Below, piece by piece: positions 1-11,639 of a stretch of DNA of 64,000 bases. The stretch covers positions 186,001-250,000 of the forward strand of contig LVLI01000202.1 in assembly GCA_001687465.1 (NCBI GenBank). Direction: 5' to 3'. A program made the translations under genes and the position numbers. This DNA is from Halocafeteria seosinensis. Lineage: Eukaryota. Positions within the stretch are counted from its first letter, which is position 1, and every line of letters begins with the position of its first letter. Under the pieces are notes generated by a model. It saw nothing but the letters and a program-made list of their open reading frames with translations, was not told the origin of the DNA and made no database searches.

Positions 1-3000
1 GCTTTCACTCTGGCCGCTCGCTACGGCGTGGGGTTGGTGAACAAGAAGACGATTGTGTGCATCTCGCTCCTGTCTCTTTCTATAGCTGCCTATATTGATG
101 AGCTCGTAGCAAAGGGTGATGCTATCGAAACTGAGTTTTCTGAATTGTTGTTCCCGAGCCTGGCTGCCGAGTTAAAACGGCTTGTAACATGTTTTGGTTT
201 GGGAAAACGGGAAGCAGCAACGGTCCTCGAAGTTGTCTTACGATACTGCAAAGCTGACCTAGAGCTTTTGTCCTCGTATGCTGCGTGCATTATTAAGTTA
301 AAGGAATGGGAGGACCACCCCTCAAAAGAAACAGCCACTGCTCTTAAGGCGACTGTAAATGAGGCAAAAGAAAGATTACTGGCGAATAGCGACTTCGACT
401 GCCTCATTGCATGTGGAGTAGTTTTTAAAGCGCTTTCGGGAGACCGACCATGGGTTGGGCGTGGTGTTGGTGACAAATCATGCTTCCACAGATTTGACGA
501 TGGGAATGTCGTATCGTTAGGTGAAGCCGAAACGGCTGCTTCCACGTTTCTGGGGCGAAGGAAGTCTCAGCGCATTAACCTTTGTACATATGCCGCTAGT
601 TCAGCATCTCGCCGATGCGAAATGGAATGGCCAACAGATTGGAACAAGCCAAGCAGTGGATCTGCTAAGGAAAAGGGAAAGAAGCAAGCTGGCAAAGATG
701 CATCGTCAAAGAAGAAACAGGACTCAACTCGAAAAGAAAAAGAAACTCCTTCTGGGTCGGCGCGTGAGAGCACTTGTGGCTCCTCAGTGTCTTTGTTCGG
801 CGGACTTGTGGCAGACAGCTCCGTCCTATCGAAAAAACGAATTTTTGTCAGGGAGCCTTCTTCTCATGAAACTGGTGAACCAGAGTCCCAGCGAACGGAG
901 AATTTCAAGTCTTGCACTGTGGAATCGTCCCCGAGTATAGAGAGTTTGCTACATAGATGTCCGTTTTTTCATGGTGCTCTGGGTACCACTGCCAAGGCTT
1001 TGGGGCGGAAGAATGAACTCGGGCCTTCTATGACTGGGTGGACAAACAGTACTCTAGATGCCATATTCGGCCATACCTGCGAGCTGGGCGACCAATGCTG
1101 CAGGTTAAACGAAGGGATGGTGTTGTCAGGCTTGCCATTCAATGTTGCGGAGGCTATTGTATTAGAAACATCACTTTTGGGCAGTGGTAGTAGTGTTGGA
1201 AGCGGAACTCGGCTGAAGCGGCGATCAGTACCTCTCAGTGCAGATCTAACACGACTGTGCGAAGAATGCGTAAAGAAGTGCACTACTGATGCTGAGGAGG
1301 ATACTACCTCCGCCAGATCAAGCAATACAAGACAAGCCACAGAAGAACCTCCAGCACTGTCCGTTAAAACCGTTTCGCTTCAAAAGGACACCATTCTATG
1401 CTCGTTGCAGGCCCCTTATGCTAGGGCCGGATTCGCCCTCTGTGGATACCAGAGATGCGACTCATTGGAGAACGAACTGTTCGAGGAAACCAGCGAAGAA
1501 GATGAAAGAAGCCAGAAAAATGCTTCTCGGTTTCGACTGAGCTCAAGTCAGGAAACGCTTGGCTGTTTGATGCAATGGGAAGAACAGCGCGGGAAGGGAG
1601 ATGACGCTGCTGGCCTTGGATATCAGCTACCCAAGGGGCAACAGAGTAGTGATGACACTTGCTTACATGACAACTTAGGGGAGGTTATGAAGAACTTAGG
1701 TTTGGAATCTCTCGCGGAGGTTGACGATGCCAATAACGGAGTCATTGCTGGCGCCGTTGTGCATGCTTTATGTGGCTTCCTTGGAATGGATGTGGAGGAA
1801 GATGGTTCGCTGCTGTGCTCTACACTTATCGCAACTGATTTCGTCGATCAACTTGATGTAGTTCCGTCGAAACACTTGAAATGGGAAGAAACACACCTGC
1901 ACACACCCTTGTCTACATTAGAACTGGCTCTAAGGGTCGCGTTGGGTACCGGTCGTGACGGTAGCGGCGATGTGACTTTTCGTGGTGTGGAGCAACTGGA
2001 TTCCACAGCTAGTTCCATCGCATCCATGTACACGGGCAGTTTGCAAATTGAGCCAGGCGATGGTGAAGAAACACGAAGAACGCTGAGTTGCGTTATTGAA
2101 GTGCCTACTTACAGAGAGGAACTGGAATTACAACCGGCGGACAGTAGTGATAAGCTGTCGGCTAGGGACAATGTGATGCTATGGGATTACCTAGCCTTTA
2201 CTTTGGGGGCTATACCTCTTAAAAAAGATGAAGGCAACCTGGAGAGCTCAAGAATCATCTCGAGCACTCTTCCATTGGTAGCTTTGAGCAATCACGCGGA
2301 GAGTAGCAAAAGCGTATTTCTTGTCGGTGATCTTACGAACGACGACCCATCTTCGATACAGCTCGTGCCTCCTGTTTCCGTAACGCGGGTAGAGGGTGAG
2401 GAAGCTGGTTCTGCACGGAAGCCTTCGAAAAAGAAAGACAATAAAGGTCCATCTTCTGCTGTCCCGGAAGTGTGGGCGTTATCTGAAATAACACCTAGCA
2501 GCTGGGATCCAGATCAGCGCCCAGAGTCAATAGTTGGATTTTATGGAGGAAAAATTCCCTGGATCCGTCTTCCTGAAGAGATCTACACCAACAAGGAGGC
2601 CTTTGGGGTCACCTCTTTGTGTTCAGAAATTACAGGTGCAGAGGACCACAGTAGCGCTCCGACTAAATTTCTTCACGATTTATCAATGCGGGAAAACGCA
2701 AGCGATATATGCAATTTAGGGTGCGCTCTTACCAACGCGGTATTCCCGTCAAAATTCGAGGCAACACAGCTGTCAAAGACCCTCTTTTGCCTAAGCTCAT
2801 CCTTGGAATCTAGCGCATTTTACTACATGGAGAATGCCCTTTTCTCTTTCTTAGAATTTTTGCGTAGCACTCATGTTGAAATGAGGTTGCTCCTGGAGAA
2901 AATTGACGCTAAGGCATTCCCTGAGTCTTCTGAGGATCCGTTCACGACCACCAATAATGTCAAAGAAAGGATATACTCCGCTCGGCGGAATACGGAAGGT

Positions 3001-6000
3001 CCACCAGCATCCATAGCTATGAAACACTCAAAACCAAAAGCTAAGTCTGAAAGCGCCCAACAGAGTTACAGTAAAGGGATTCAAGAGTTACAAGCATTGA
3101 TCGGAGATGTCTCAAGACTGCTGCTAGGGCAACTGCCTTCCCGACAGAGACAGCGCCTTCATCGAAAAGGTTTGTGTATCGAATTTCAGCAGGACATGTT
3201 ATCGCCCGCTGAGTCAAATGAGGTCTTTGCCACGTTCAGAAGAAAGCTAGTATCATGCGAAGAACTTCTCTGGAATGAAGCCGGCACCAGACGTGATTTT
3301 TGCAGAAAGTTTGCATCCATGTACGAACGGAACATTACTGTGGATTACTTTTTGAACTCCCATGCCGATTTGCTTATTGTAGCGATGATGGTCGACACAG
3401 CTCACACTCTCGCGGATTGTTTGTGCATGCAAGGGTTCAATGACATACTGTCACATCTTGGCTCGGCAGAAGTGGATATTAGAAGAGTGGACGACCTCGT
3501 CGATGGGACGACTTCTGCCTATCCTCTCTCACCTCGATCTGTCGACATTGAGAACTTTATCCGTACCTTAGAAACAGCCGTTGGGGAAGAGGTTTCTTGC
3601 GACCACGATGACTCCCAACGATTGGAAAATGTACCTTTAACGGGTATAGAAACCGAGCTGCACCAAACAGATGGAGGGACCCATCTGCTTGGATTTTATC
3701 ATAGGATTTACAAGTCTCTCCAACCTTTATTCGACAACGGAGCGCATTATCAGCGAGTCGTTCGCAATGCTCTGTCGCGACTGGCTCGAATTCTACAAGT
3801 CTATGTCGATTTTGCAAACAGCGTAGCTAGCTACCAGAAAAGGAACGCCGGATACTTCGAGAACTGGATATGCTCCAAGCTGCAAAGGGACGACAAAATC
3901 ATTCGAGAGACAATGGGAAGTATTAAACAGGCGGTTGATACAGCTGAAGATATCTTCAATGCCTACAATAGTGACAAGGGAGTTTCGGGGGAGTATATCT
4001 CGGACGAAGAGGTTACTAACTCCGTTAACTCCATGAACGAAGACAGATTTCTTCGATCAGACGGATTAGAGAGCCCCGTAAAGTTACTTGAGTTCGAGAG
4101 ACAAAATGCTCTTCCTTACAATACGTCCGTCTATAATTTCCCCTCAGCAACGATACACGATATAATTGATCGTCTACAAAGACTTTTTCAGGGAATGCGC
4201 AAGGGGTTAACGTCACTGCAAGATGGTTATATGGGGCTAGATAGTAATAAGCAGTGTGTGGGTCTCCACGAATCGCATGACTACTTGGTTGAACTTCTAA
4301 AAGAGTGTGCGTCAAGCATCGAATTGCAACGCCAGCAGGCCCGTGGTAGCGATGACGCGTCGTTTCAAACAACTTCAATCTCAGGAAGTGCAAATATAGC
4401 GGGAATGTCAGTAGTGCCTTATGGTACAATAAGGCCCCAGGCGAGGAAAAAGACCGTATCATCCGATCAGACGGACGTGGCAAACCGGCGTCGTCAGTTA
4501 ATTAAGCAAGCTGCGAAAGGGGAATACGTTCCCGAAGAGATCCTCTTTGAGCTGATGAGCAGATTGTCAACTGGTACTTCTAAGATCACGAAAACAGAGG
4601 CAGCATCAGCAAAGTCCACCCCAATGCTCTCGTCATTCAGGTGGGATCCAGGAGAAGAGCACTACTACCTTCCAGCAAACACTGTCGCGAAAATTGTGGA
4701 CGAGTTGCACGATCCGTCGTGGTATCATTCTGCAGCAAGGGAAATGTTTTCCCTCATGGATGTTGAACATGCGCTCGAAGAGCATTGTAAGCACAACATT
4801 ATCAGCGTCGATAATGCTCGAGCTATCAGACTCACTGGTATAACCTCTTCAGAGTTTGAAGGCAGTTTGTGGATTCATCCAATGGAGGCTTGCCAGTGCT
4901 TGGAGGCCGCTATGGACGACAATGATAATAGCCGTTTGAATAAAGTGTATGCCCATATACGTCGACTAATGTGGCATGCATTCAAATCGATATCGGCGGC
5001 AGTTGGGGACAAGTACACTTGTAGTGGTGGTGGGAATGGCACCAAGCACCTGCTGTCCGCGTTCCTTGAAGATGGTCAAGGTGGGGCTGCTAAGACCATC
5101 CATGATATTATTGACTTCAGTGTATCTCGTTCGTGTCCAAATAGGCGTGTTCCTCTGAGAATATTTGTCGCTAACAAAAAGACAGGAGACTCTCTCTGTT
5201 CCTCGTTTCCCTTGGCTGTCATCCGCGGAGTTTTGATGCGCTGTGTACAAATATTTGGAGTTGCACTCACCGGCTTTTCTATGAAACACCCCCCATTTCC
5301 GGAGCAACTGTTGCTGAGCCAGCGTGCACAAATGTTGTGTAACGTCGCTCTTGCCAAACGCGAACCTCCTCTAGAGTCCTCACGTACACTGTCGACAGAT
5401 GCTCCTGAAACCGTTCATCGCCTTCTCCCTCAATGGCAGTATTTGTCCGCTGCCAACTGGTTTGAAGTTTCTCAGCAGGATACGCGCCAGTCTCTTGAAC
5501 TGTACGAGAGAGAGATAAAGATCCTACAGGATGGAACTTTGAGCAAGGCTCGACGCGCACAGGCGGCGCGAAATCTCTGTACACACGGTCTAGTCCACGT
5601 TGTCCTGAATTCTCAGGAAAGAACGACTGAACGAGTAATTAACACTGCCGAAGAAGGTGACAACATTCTTAAGGATGGTTTATTATCCGCGGCTAGGTGT
5701 ACGGAAGGTGAGCGTATAAATTCAGGAAAAAATTTAACCATCTCCGTGGGCAGCAACGTGAGAGATGACGGCGAGTCCACTCTACTCGGATCATCAGAAA
5801 AGTTACGAGAGTCTTTGAAGAAATTATATAGCCTTGATTGTCCTGCTTGCGCTCTACACATAGAAGGAGGTAAGGAAGCAAGCAGAGCATGGGCGTGGTT
5901 GTCCGCGTCTGTTCGAAGATCCTATCTCGCTGCCCAGCGCAAAGTGAAGAGAAGTAGCAAGGCAGGCATCCAGCACAATGCTGCGTGGCCCGAAGAGATC

Positions 6001-6300
6001 AGTTCTGTTGACATCGGAGCTATGTTTTCCGACCTCACAATTCTTACATACAAGTCAGATGAAGACTCAGCGGCTTGGACCGAGCAAGAGTTCCTTTCCA
6101 CGGTTTCCCAGAATATCACGCAAGATGCTGCTGTTTTCGAGCGGGCGTTGCTGTCACTGAGTACCCAGAGTGGGGTCAATGATGTGACTGATCATCTCAT
6201 ATTTCCTGATGAGTGTGTTTACCAGGACATGGGGGATGTTGGCTCTCTCTGGAGCTTCTTGCGACATGCTCGAGAACGGAGAATCTCGGTACCCCACTAG
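1..6300 (+). CDS. Very large hypothetical protein (>2,090 aa), 5'-truncated by the window edge
   Basis: Frame is open from base 1 to TAG at 6298-6300 with no stop or apparent intron; no domain recognised. Confidence 0.8.
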   Translation, partial: AFTLAARYGVGLVNKKTIVCISLLSLSIAAYIDELVAKGDAIETEFSELLFPSLAAELKRLVTCFGLGKREAATVLEVVLRYCKADLELLSSYAACIIKLKEWEDHPSKETATALKATVNEAKERLLANSDFDCLIACGVVFKALSGDRPWVGRGVGDKSCFHRFDDGNVVSLGEAETAASTFLGRRKSQRINLCTYAASSASRRCEMEWPTDWNKPSSGSAKEKGKKQAGKDASSKKKQDSTRKEKETPSGSARESTCGSSVSLFGGLVADSSVLSKKRIFVREPSSHETGEPESQRTENFKSCTVESSPSIESLLHRCPFFHGALGTTAKALGRKNELGPSMTGWTNSTLDAIFGHTCELGDQCCRLNEGMVLSGLPFNVAEAIVLETSLLGSGSSVGSGTRLKRRSVPLSADLTRLCEECVKKCTTDAEEDTTSARSSNTRQATEEPPALSVKTVSLQKDTILCSLQAPYARAGFALCGYQRCDSLENELFEETSEEDERSQKNASRFRLSSSQETLGCLMQWEEQRGKGDDAAGLGYQLPKGQQSSDDTCLHDNLGEVMKNLGLESLAEVDDANNGVIAGAVVHALCGFLGMDVEEDGSLLCSTLIATDFVDQLDVVPSKHLKWEETHLHTPLSTLELALRVALGTGRDGSGDVTFRGVEQLDSTASSIASMYTGSLQIEPGDGEETRRTLSCVIEVPTYREELELQPADSSDKLSARDNVMLWDYLAFTLGAIPLKKDEGNLESSRIISSTLPLVALSNHAESSKSVFLVGDLTNDDPSSIQLVPPVSVTRVEGEEAGSARKPSKKKDNKGPSSAVPEVWALSEITPSSWDPDQRPESIVGFYGGKIPWIRLPEEIYTNKEAFGVTSLCSEITGAEDHSSAPTKFLHDLSMRENASDICNLGCALTNAVFPSKFEATQLSKTLFCLSSSLESSAFYYMENALFSFLEFLRSTHVEMRLLLEKIDAKAFPESSEDPFTTTNNVKERIYSARRNTEGPPASIAMKHSKPKAKSESAQQSYSKGIQELQALIGDVSRLLLGQLPSRQRQRLHRKGLCIEFQQDMLSPAESNEVFATFRRKLVSCEELLWNEAGTRRDFCRKFASMYERNITVDYFLNSHADLLIVAMMVDTAHTLADCLCMQGFNDILSHLGSAEVDIRRVDDLVDGTTSAYPLSPRSVDIENFIRTLETAVGEEVSCDHDDSQRLENVPLTGIETELHQTDGGTHLLGFYHRIYKSLQPLFDNGAHYQRVVRNALSRLARILQVYVDFANSVASYQKRNAGYFENWICSKLQRDDKIIRETMGSIKQAVDTAEDIFNAYNSDKGVSGEYISDEEVTNSVNSMNEDRFLRSDGLESPVKLLEFERQNALPYNTSVYNFPSATIHDIIDRLQRLFQGMRKGLTSLQDGYMGLDSNKQCVGLHESHDYLVELLKECASSIELQRQQARGSDDASFQTTSISGSANIAGMSVVPYGTIRPQARKKTVSSDQTDVANRRRQLIKQAAKGEYVPEEILFELMSRLSTGTSKITKTEAASAKSTPMLSSFRWDPGEEHYYLPANTVAKIVDELHDPSWYHSAAREMFSLMDVEHALEEHCKHNIISVDNARAIRLTGITSSEFEGSLWIHPMEACQCLEAAMDDNDNSRLNKVYAHIRRLMWHAFKSISAAVGDKYTCSGGGNGTKHLLSAFLEDGQGGAAKTIHDIIDFSVSRSCPNRRVPLRIFVANKKTGDSLCSSFPLAVIRGVLMRCVQIFGVALTGFSMKHPPFPEQLLLSQRAQMLCNVALAKREPPLESSRTLSTDAPETVHRLLPQWQYLSAANWFEVSQQDTRQSLELYEREIKILQDGTLSKARRAQAARNLCTHGLVHVVLNSQERTTERVINTAEEGDNILKDGLLSAARCTEGERINSGKNLTISVGSNVRDDGESTLLGSSEKLRESLKKLYSLDCPACALHIEGGKEASRAWAWLSASVRRSYLAAQRKVKRSSKAGIQHNAAWPEEISSVDIGAMFSDLTILTYKSDEDSAAWTEQEFLSTVSQNITQDAAVFERALLSLSTQSGVNDVTDHLIFPDECVYQDMGDVGSLWSFLRHARERRISVPH

Positions 6301-8092
6301 CGCGCGCGGAGCGGACGTTCGGAGCGGAGTTATCGAGGCGACCGTTAGCGGACCATCCCTCGCACAAGATCGTCCTTTTATCGAAACACAGTGGTAATGA
6401 TTTGAGCCACCCACATTTACACGAATACAATGAATGTAATGAGTTTGTTTTCAACGTCAAGGAATGTACACAGGCCGCAATTTGATGCGTTACAGTTTGT
6501 GAAGCTCGGCTTCACAAAAGCATTTGAATTTCAAATTTGAATTGGAATCCCGATCGCGCGCCCTGCGTGAGTCACTGCATATAGTCCAGTAACTTGGTAG
6601 TACTATTACGGAAGATTTCCTATGCATAATCATCATTTACTTTATCAATAACTTGTCAAAGACATAGCGGTTAAACGGCTTTAAACGTAGCTCGCACTTT
6701 TGGGATGTATTCTACCCCAGTGGACGGTTGGTGGCGAGGTCGCAACCAGGGGTTTAGGAGGAGTCTGTGCGGCAGTTTATGAAGTTACAAGCATGGTGCT
6801 AGTGGTTTGTTTTTCCCTCGACTTTTTGTTTGACTTTGCAACGTCCTACAGTACGGTCTATAAAGATTTAGTTAATAAATAAGAAGAGCAAAGAGCAGTG
6901 ACACAGGCGTCTTGAGTCTTATCGATGGCCTTTTTGCTTGCAACCCAGCACTCTCTCCGCGGCATACACAGACTCAGAGCCTTGCATTAGTTCTTTATGT
7001 CCGTTTATCCATTAGAAACATGTGTAATCTCTTTCATGACTAACTATTTGTGGTTAGATCTTCGTTTAGGAAGAAATATACAGCCGCTTTTCCTTTGTGC
7101 TGCCGAGAGGCGGCAAAGACTCCCTCTACTATACACTGCCATTTTTCCACTTCATTCAGTTCCAACTGTCACACATATCTTAACTATCGATGCATTTATC
7201 TAGTAGACGTGTTTTGCGCCTATATGGCATGCATAATGCTTGAAAACAAGACGAAAAGGCCGAGCGTTGAAGGGCTTTGTTCGATGGCGCTGCTGGAAGG
7301 CAAAGCCCTCCGGTTACCCACTCTATTCGATCGACAGGAGCTCCACTCCGGCATACCATGAGACTACATATACTTAGGACAGTACCACGATGTTCAGAGG
7401 TGGGAAACACGTAACAGGCATGGTAGAATAGAGAGAAAGGAACCCGAACAGTGCCGGTTCCTTGCCCGTGCCTCGAGCACTAACGCCAAGCCCACGGTGG
7501 GCGACGGTCTTCAATAGAGGCCTATATTCAAGGATTTCATATTGTTTTGGTGGATCAAATCCAGATCATCGTAAAGAGAAAACGTTTTTACATCCTAGCA
7601 TACTGTCATATTGTGCTGTATCGCCTTGTATACAGCAGAAACAGAGAAAGGATTTCCTCCTTTCCGTCCCAGCTCGAGGAAAACGAGGAATTCTTAAGAC
7701 CTTTTTTGTTCCCCAGCGGGTACCCTCTTGACGTGTCCCTCAAGGAACCGCAATTTTTTTCTGCTTCCTCTCGACACACACCTTCATATTTCGGTCAGTG
7801 TGCCGCGCATTGGGGAAGTATCTCAAGGTAGGTGTTAATTTTTCATCTGCTGCCTCCCGGAGCGTGCGCACTGCTTGTGGAATGCAACCTAGCGTTCGTT
7901 CGTTTCTCGCTCTTCCACTTAACCTCCAGCAGCAGCAACACCAGGGTCCCGTGCTTCGGCGCAGCAGCTGTCTGGGCTGGTTGGCGGATGGGCGATTAAG
8001 GGGATCCCCACATTGTTGTACAGTACGCGCACAGCGGTAGCCAACTGTGTCGAATGTTTCACGCATTGATGTCTTTGATATACAGAACGTAA

Positions 8093-10072
8093 ATGCTCAG
8101 CTCCGGCTCTGAAATGGGAGGGGAAGTGGCGTCGCAGCCGCAGGAATGTGCGCCGGGTTCGGGGGCTGCCAAGTCCGCAGAAGATTGCGGCAACGAACGT
8201 CAGGAAGTTAATGCCGCCCCGGAAAAGGGAGATAGGCATACAAATGGAACTAACGCCAGTCAGGTGGAACCCATTGAAAAAGATGCATCTAACCAGCATC
8301 AATGTAACTCTCGGGATGGAAGTCCGAGCGACCCCTGTCGTTTTCAACACTCCAAGGAAGCAGGGGCAGATGAAAGGAAGAGTGATGGAGAGGACGATTC
8401 GAATCATGGCGTTCCCTCGAATTGTCCCCACACACCGTTTCATATGCAAGGACCGCAGGACTGCACAGTGCATACCGGCAATGACCCACAGACTGGCTCA
8501 TCGTCTAAGCAGACGCCATGCGACACCCAGATGAAGCGAGCTTCGGATACTGACCTTACACAAAACTTTCGTCGATCATCTTCAGAAAAATGTTTGAGGA
8601 ATTGGCATCCCATCCTAGCGGATGAGGACACACTTTGCGTTCGCTCTCATTCTGCCTTTTCCGCTCTTGCGTCCGCGGCGAGTGAATCTCTAAAGCAATT
8701 CGGCCCACGCGATGAAACCGGCGATGTTCAAGTATATACAGAGTATTCTGCTATGGAGGCTGGAGAGCGAACATGTTATTCTGAAAACAGCAGTACGTAC
8801 CGGTGAATGTTGGATTTGTTAGCCGAACCGCGCTTTCTGACTTCTCTTGTTTGTGTCTTGCAGAGGAGACGGCTTCCTCCGGTGGATCTGTGGGATTTTC
8901 CTCTCATGAAGAAGCCGAACCACATTTTCCACAATGGACGGTTCGAAATGACTGCGATAGTCCAGTTCCCTCGCGTGGCCCAAAATATCTGGTTCACTCT
9001 TTTAACATTGCTGCTACGGGTACGCAAGCCGACGTGCTGCAAGCTTACTATTCGGTGTCACTTTAGTGTGTTTTTGTGCAGCTCCCTCCTCATTTCCCAA
9101 CCACAATGGCTCAGCATCTATATATCGTCGCTCGCCTGCATTTTCACACTGCCTACCGGAAAATACAGCAGCCCCGGGTGCTGCAAAGAAGAACTTGAAC
9201 TCGTCCGCTCCATCGTCTGAAGAGAGACGGGGGAGGAAACGTCGATGCGAGAATGCTGAAGCATTAACTCCGGGAACACGCTGTTTTGAGAGTGTCACCG
9301 GAGAATCTGGAGCCTCGACCCATGCTGATGTTGAGACAGCCCATCCGCAGGGTCTAAGACCCTCGAGGAAGACTTCCGTCCGGGAGAAGCGCTCTCGTAA
9401 AGCGAGGAAGACAGTTGGAGGAAGTGGAGACGGAGATGACGACGATGATTTAGAAGATGACAGTACATCCACCAAAAGTAGAAAGAAAGGGGCTTGGACG
9501 TAAGCAGCTTTTTCCTATCTATCGTGCTTTCTTCGCCTATCACCGTTTCTCTCCCTCTGCAGAGAAGAGGAAGATGAACTTCTAAAAAGGCTGGTCATGG
9601 AGCATGGGCCCAAGAATGTAAGCATCTTACTATGCTAGCTTTTCAATCTTGTGGTACCTATATTTTCGTTTGTGTTATACAGTGGCGGGTGATTTCGAGA
9701 CAAATGCATGAAGGGTAAGAGATTTTCACTCGGGTAGCTGAGCGTTTTCTGCTTCTCACCTAAGCTCTTTCATGGCTACAGGAGGGCGCCAAAGCAGTGC
9801 AGAGAAAGGTGGCATCACCATCTTGACCCTACCATAAAGAAAGGATCTTGGTAAGTCGTTTTTGACTTCCCTTCTCGTTGCTATTGTTGGTTGAACACCG
9901 ATGTGTTACTAGCAGGACTCAAGAAGAGGACGATGCAATCATTGAGCTGAAGCAGCAACTTGGAAACCGCTGGGCGCAAATTGCCAAAGACCCGAGACTA
10001 GCTGGTCGTACCGATAACAGCATCAAGAACCGCTACAATTCGAGTTTGAAGAGACAGAATGAAGGAGACTGA
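8093..10072 (+). CDS. Two-repeat MYB transcription factor with C-terminal DNA-binding domain
   Basis: Six GT-AG introns (8793-8863, 9020-9081, 9500-9562, 9618-9682, 9715-9781, 9851-9915) give [94 protein letters not shown]. Confidence 0.9.
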
Positions 10073-10355
10073 ACAATGGTGTGATAACTAAGCGCGTCTG
10101 TTTATTAATCATCTGCCATCCTGTTACAGAAGGCAAAATTGAGACACACGTTCATGTTTACCCAAGCCTAGCACCAAACGCCTGTTTCGACCTTCTCCGT
10201 TGCCACGTCAAAAAGTATAGTCTATTGCTGAATGAACAATTCTACACATGTGTGGTCACACGGAAGCACATACGCGTGAAGCTGTCTGCCCCCCTCCCTG
10301 CTTCTAACCATAAATCCATGAGCGTATGGAGAAAAGAAATATATGGCCGCTACGA

Positions 10356-11179
10356 TCACTGAGACGATTGTTTCTTCTTCGTTAGTGAGGACGATTCTCG
10401 TTTCAATACGTGTAACAACGTCTGCGAACTCTCCAAAATCTTCATATATGCTGCTTCTGTTTCTTGAATAGTTTGGTCAAATTCATTCCTGGCACCCATC
10501 TTCCTCTGTAGATCCTCGTTGATACGGGAAAGCTTCTCTGTTAGCCTGCTTATTTCCTGTGTAACAACCATATCAAGATACAGTCTCACACTTCCTACCA
10601 AATGGGAAGTGAATAGACATACCTTCTGAATTCGGGCCTTTTCTTCTTCATCTTTCAATATTTCTCGGTTGACAGATTCACGTTTCTCTCGCAGATCTTC
10701 TATACCTGCGATTCCACAAAGATATACGCGAGGTGCAGTTTTCTTCGTATGCCAGGTTCCTCCATTCTGATAAAATCTTCAAGAACTCTTTCCCTCAAGG
10801 AACCCCTGGGAGATGCTTTTTGTACTTTCCGACTGTTGTGGCGTTCACCACAGCGGACCACAAAATGGCAGTCAAGCAAGAACATGGGACTTCTCCATGT
10901 CAAAAGTGTCCTTCGTAGGGTATTTGGGGTGCTAGTTCTCGAAGGGGGGATGAAAGGATCCCAAAGAACGCAGCCCTGCCAATAGACGTTAAAATTGACG
11001 GTTTGACCCCTCTAGTGCCGTTTATAGCCCTTACATGACGTCATCGATGATCTCTTTGGTCTTTCCATCTGCTCATATTCCCCTCCCTCTATGTATATTC
11101 CATAGGAGGAGGAAAGGGGAGACTTACATTTGACCAATTCGTTATTATAATTGGCTAAAGTGCCGCCTTGCCGCGCCAT
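10356..11179 (-). CDS. SSNA1: SSNA1/DIP13 microtubule and basal-body coiled-coil protein
   Basis: Exons 11128-11179, 10623-10705 and 10356-10556 give [26 protein letters not shown]...[22 protein letters not shown], the family signature. Confidence 0.93.
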
Positions 11180-11639
11180 CGTTTATCTTTATGCCTATGT
11201 TTGTATCAAATGCTTGAGACAAGTACAGCCCACTGTGAGTCCCTTTCTCAACACAACCACAACAATGCTAATGACAATCACTATACATCCCACAACATAT
11301 AGTCATCATTCACAACAACAGGAAACGGTGTAATCAACCAGACTCGGCATAGCTTGAAGCTTGCGAGTCCCCGCGCCAAATTTCTACCGTGTTCGACATA
11401 GAGAGAGAAATAGAGTGGTGTGTCAGCAGATGTTAAGCAATATGCGTCCCCCCTAACATTGTCTATTGTTAGAGACTTTAGGGTTTTGGATGAGGCCCCT
11501 ATAGCCTATAAGTTACGCTCGTTCTTCGAACGTGGTCCATTACGTGGATGACTGCTAGAACCGCCAGTCTGTAGTTTCCGAAGGCAACAATGACGTTTAC
11601 CTACGACGTGCTCTACAGAGGTCCTCCGGAAACCATGTT

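Noticed and set aside
7437..7507. Several small hairpins suggesting a tRNA-like fold
   Set aside because: No T-loop (GTTCRA), D-loop or acceptor stem geometry.
11478..11484. TTTAGGG telomere-like heptamer (also near 14587)
   Set aside because: Single copies, not arrays.
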